DNA of 64,000 nt from Liolophura sinensis (Eukaryota), in contig NC_088295.1 in assembly GCF_032854445.1 (NCBI RefSeq), forward strand, positions 32,082,510 through 32,146,509, given 5' to 3'. Within the stretch, counting starts at the first letter, position 1. The number at the start of each line of letters is the position of its first letter. Under the pieces are notes generated by a model, which was not told the origin of the DNA, did no database searches, and saw only the letters and a list, made by a program, of their open reading frames with translations. Positions 61,692 to 64,000 of this stretch are shown piece by piece. A program made the position numbers and the translations under genes.

Positions 61692-62816
61692 ATCATGAGC
61701 AGAAGAAATATGCAATATCAAAGAAAGAAAGCAGTTCATCCAGATCAAATTTTAAGGAAAGACTACAGAAAAGGGCAATAAGCACCAGGTTTGCAGATTC
61801 CAGAGAAGAGAAGCATCTGATGACAGGACAATTGGTGGACTCTTCAGCAGATAAACCATCTGCTCTAATTCCTGACAAAAACAGAGAAATACCACTCCAT
61901 GAAAAGATTGTTGAAAAACCAAAAAAGAAAATAAAAGATCTATCCGGATCAGTATTCATTCCTCTTTGCGGAAGGATGTCTTCTCCAATAAAACAAGTAG
62001 GAAAATCACCACCACCCAGCAGATTTGGAAGATCACCACCTCCACCACCACCTAGCCGATTTGAACAAGGACCACCTCCACCACCACCTAGCAGATTTGA
62101 ACCAGTTCCACCTCCACTACCTCCCAGGAGATTTAGAACAGTACCACGTCCACCACCACCTGGCAAACTTGGATCAGTACTACCGCCCCCACCGCCCAGT
62201 AAATATGGATCAGTACCACCTCCCCCACTGCCCAGTAAATCTGGATCAGTACCACCTCCCCCACCACCGAGTAGATCAGTACCACCTCCCCCACTGCCCA
62301 GTAAATCTGGATCAGTACCACCTCCCCCACTGCCCATTAAATGTGGATCAGTACCACCTCCCCCACCACCCAGTAGATCAGTGCCCCCTACCCCACCGCC
62401 CAGTAAATCTGGATCAGTAACACCTCTACTATCTACCAGTAAGATTGATTCAGCAATACCATCACCTCCACCTCCTAGCAGATTTGGATCAGCACCACCT
62501 CCTCCACCTCCTAGCAAATTTGAATCAGCACCACCTCCTCCACCTCCTAGCAAATTTGAATCAGCACCACCTCCTCCACCTCCTAGCAAAGTTAGACCAG
62601 CCCGGCTTTCCACTTTTCACAGGAGATCTCGTGAACGCAAGTCAAATGTTGTATTTCCATGTGGAAAACAATATATGCTTCAGGGGCATGCAGCTGTCTC
62701 CTCAGAACACTATTCAGAATGTGCTGAATCATTAGTTCACAGGAAGGAGTTTGGAGATGTAGTTCAGACAGTATTCCCTGGGGCAGAGGCTGTGCTTGAT
62801 AAAATGGCAGTGATAG
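61692..62816 (+). CDS. Large proline-rich exon (FH1-like poly-Pro repeats), 375 aa; gene affiliation unresolved
   Basis: ttttgcag| acceptor at 61691, donor atag|gtaaat at 62817. About 17 repeats of [GS]xPPPPPPS[KR][FSY]G. Flanked by a basic/acidic N-segment (KKESSSSRSNFKERLQKR) and a C-segment ...CGKQYMLQGHAAVSSEHYSECAESLVHRKEFGDVVQTVFPGAEAVLDKMAVI. Confidence 0.55.
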
Positions 62817-63295
62817 GTAAATACTTGGTCACACATGTTTTTCGTGCTGTTTCATCGATTTTGAAGGAACTTATGGCCATTCTCTCCTGTTATAGTTTTG
62901 AACAGTTTTCAGAACAATTTTTTTTTTGTGCAAAGTATTTTAACAGTTATTTTTAGCTCAGTTCTATGAAGTAAGGAAAGGTATTGTAAAGGGTGGGGCA
63001 GGTGGGAAGGGTCAGTGTTGGTTAAACTTTTTTAGCTCCATAGTATATGGAATGGTATGTAAATGTACCTGCTCAGATGGAAGGTTAAGCATTTTTTTAA
63101 TACAGCAATAGAAACTGTGTTACCCCCTTAACAAAGATACATGTCATGTGTATACAGGAATCTCCTCTGTCCTTCTGTCTTTAGACATGATTATGTCCAT
63201 ACATCTCCTCCCTAACTACTCAGCTAATTTTGAAGAAACTTACCATACATCTTGCCTACCATCTAAACTTGTGCATGCTTATAAAGCTTAATTAT

Positions 63296-63370
63296 TTTCA
63301 TCTGTTGTGGGTCCTCTCAGGCTGGGCTTGGTTTCCTCTCACCATAATGCTTGCCACCATTGTATATCAT
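63296..63370 (+). mobile_element. SINE fragment
   Basis: 'ggtttcctctcaccataatgcttgccaccattgtatatcatttatttatc'. Confidence 0.4.
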
Positions 63371-64000
63371 TTATTTATCGCCATATCATTTATATCATCT
63401 AGACATCTTCATGCTTAATAATAATGATATTCTGATTATTATTTATATGTTCATACATGTAGTTACCCCCATTCAGGTACCTAGCGTAATTATGCCTTTC
63501 ATGTATACATCTAAATGAGCAAGCTGAAAATATTTCATTATCGCAATGTTCAGTATGGATCCTGTATCACCTTTTGGTCCATATCTAGCAATTTTTGCTC
63601 AAGCATTCTATATTTTTTCTGGGCGTATTTGACAAATTTATAGTTTTCTTGAATGAATTTTGTCCTTCATGTATACATCGAAATGGGCAAGCTGAAAACA
63701 TTTCATTATCGCAATCTTCAGTATTTCACACGGATAATATCTGTGAATCTTTGAATAGCTAAGAATAATATCGCATGAATGACGATGTCATTCTGCTTTA
63801 TGTTGGGTTAGCTGTCAGTATTTGAACCTATGCTATCTGCCATGAACATTATGTGGTTTGATGAGCTCATCTGCTCTTATCTCGTTTCTTTGCTAGGCTG
63901 TTCCCATCTGGTTTAGCAGCTGAGCTTTTTTTATCTAGTTGAGTAGCCCAACTGTTTCCATTTGGTTTAGTAGCTCAGTCATTCCCATCGGATGCTCACC

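Noticed and set aside
61693-62613. 306-aa glycine-rich ORF on the - strand
   Set aside because: It is the mirror image of the proline-rich + strand exon (CCN codons read as NGG). The + strand has the splice sites and coherent flanking sequence.

Overview
This window is eukaryotic genomic DNA, most likely from an invertebrate metazoan. It is intron-rich with GT-AG splice junctions, AT-biased, and full of minisatellites and tRNA-derived SINEs. No prokaryotic features are present.

The dominant feature is a vault poly(ADP-ribose) polymerase (PARP4-like) gene on the + strand. I reconstructed 27 phase-consistent coding exons by eye from 10273 (ATG) to 39971 (26 supported by homology; exon 27 is only a phase-consistent candidate with weak similarity). 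They encode the BRCT domain, the PARP catalytic domain (H-Y-E triad intact), the VIT domain and the vWA domain. Candidate C-terminal micro-exons lie inside a segmentally triplicated block at 43-53 kb.

About 40% of the locus is intronic tandem repeat, in more than 14 distinct arrays. Two of these arrays were seeded from exon/intron junctions of the gene itself:
- a 95-bp array that carries 15 copies of the exon-25 acceptor plus partial exon;
- a 41-bp array that repeats the exon-23 splice donor.

Other content:
- a rhodopsin-like GPCR fragment on the - strand at the window start, with an in-frame TAA;
- an apparent +1 frameshift in PARP4 exon 2;
- a CR1/L2-like LINE fragment;
- a tRNA-derived SINE family (about 12 copies) and two other dispersed repeat families;
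- a 1.6-kb insertion carrying a Crypton/DUF3504-like tyrosine-recombinase remnant, ending in a perfect 26-bp hairpin;
- a 584-bp element with terminal inverted repeats (TIRs) encoding a MADF-domain ORF;
- a large proline-rich (FH1-like) exon at 61.7-62.8 kb, preceded by a 3.4-kb minisatellite of 109-bp units.

All calls come from manual translation and pattern recognition. No database searches were run.
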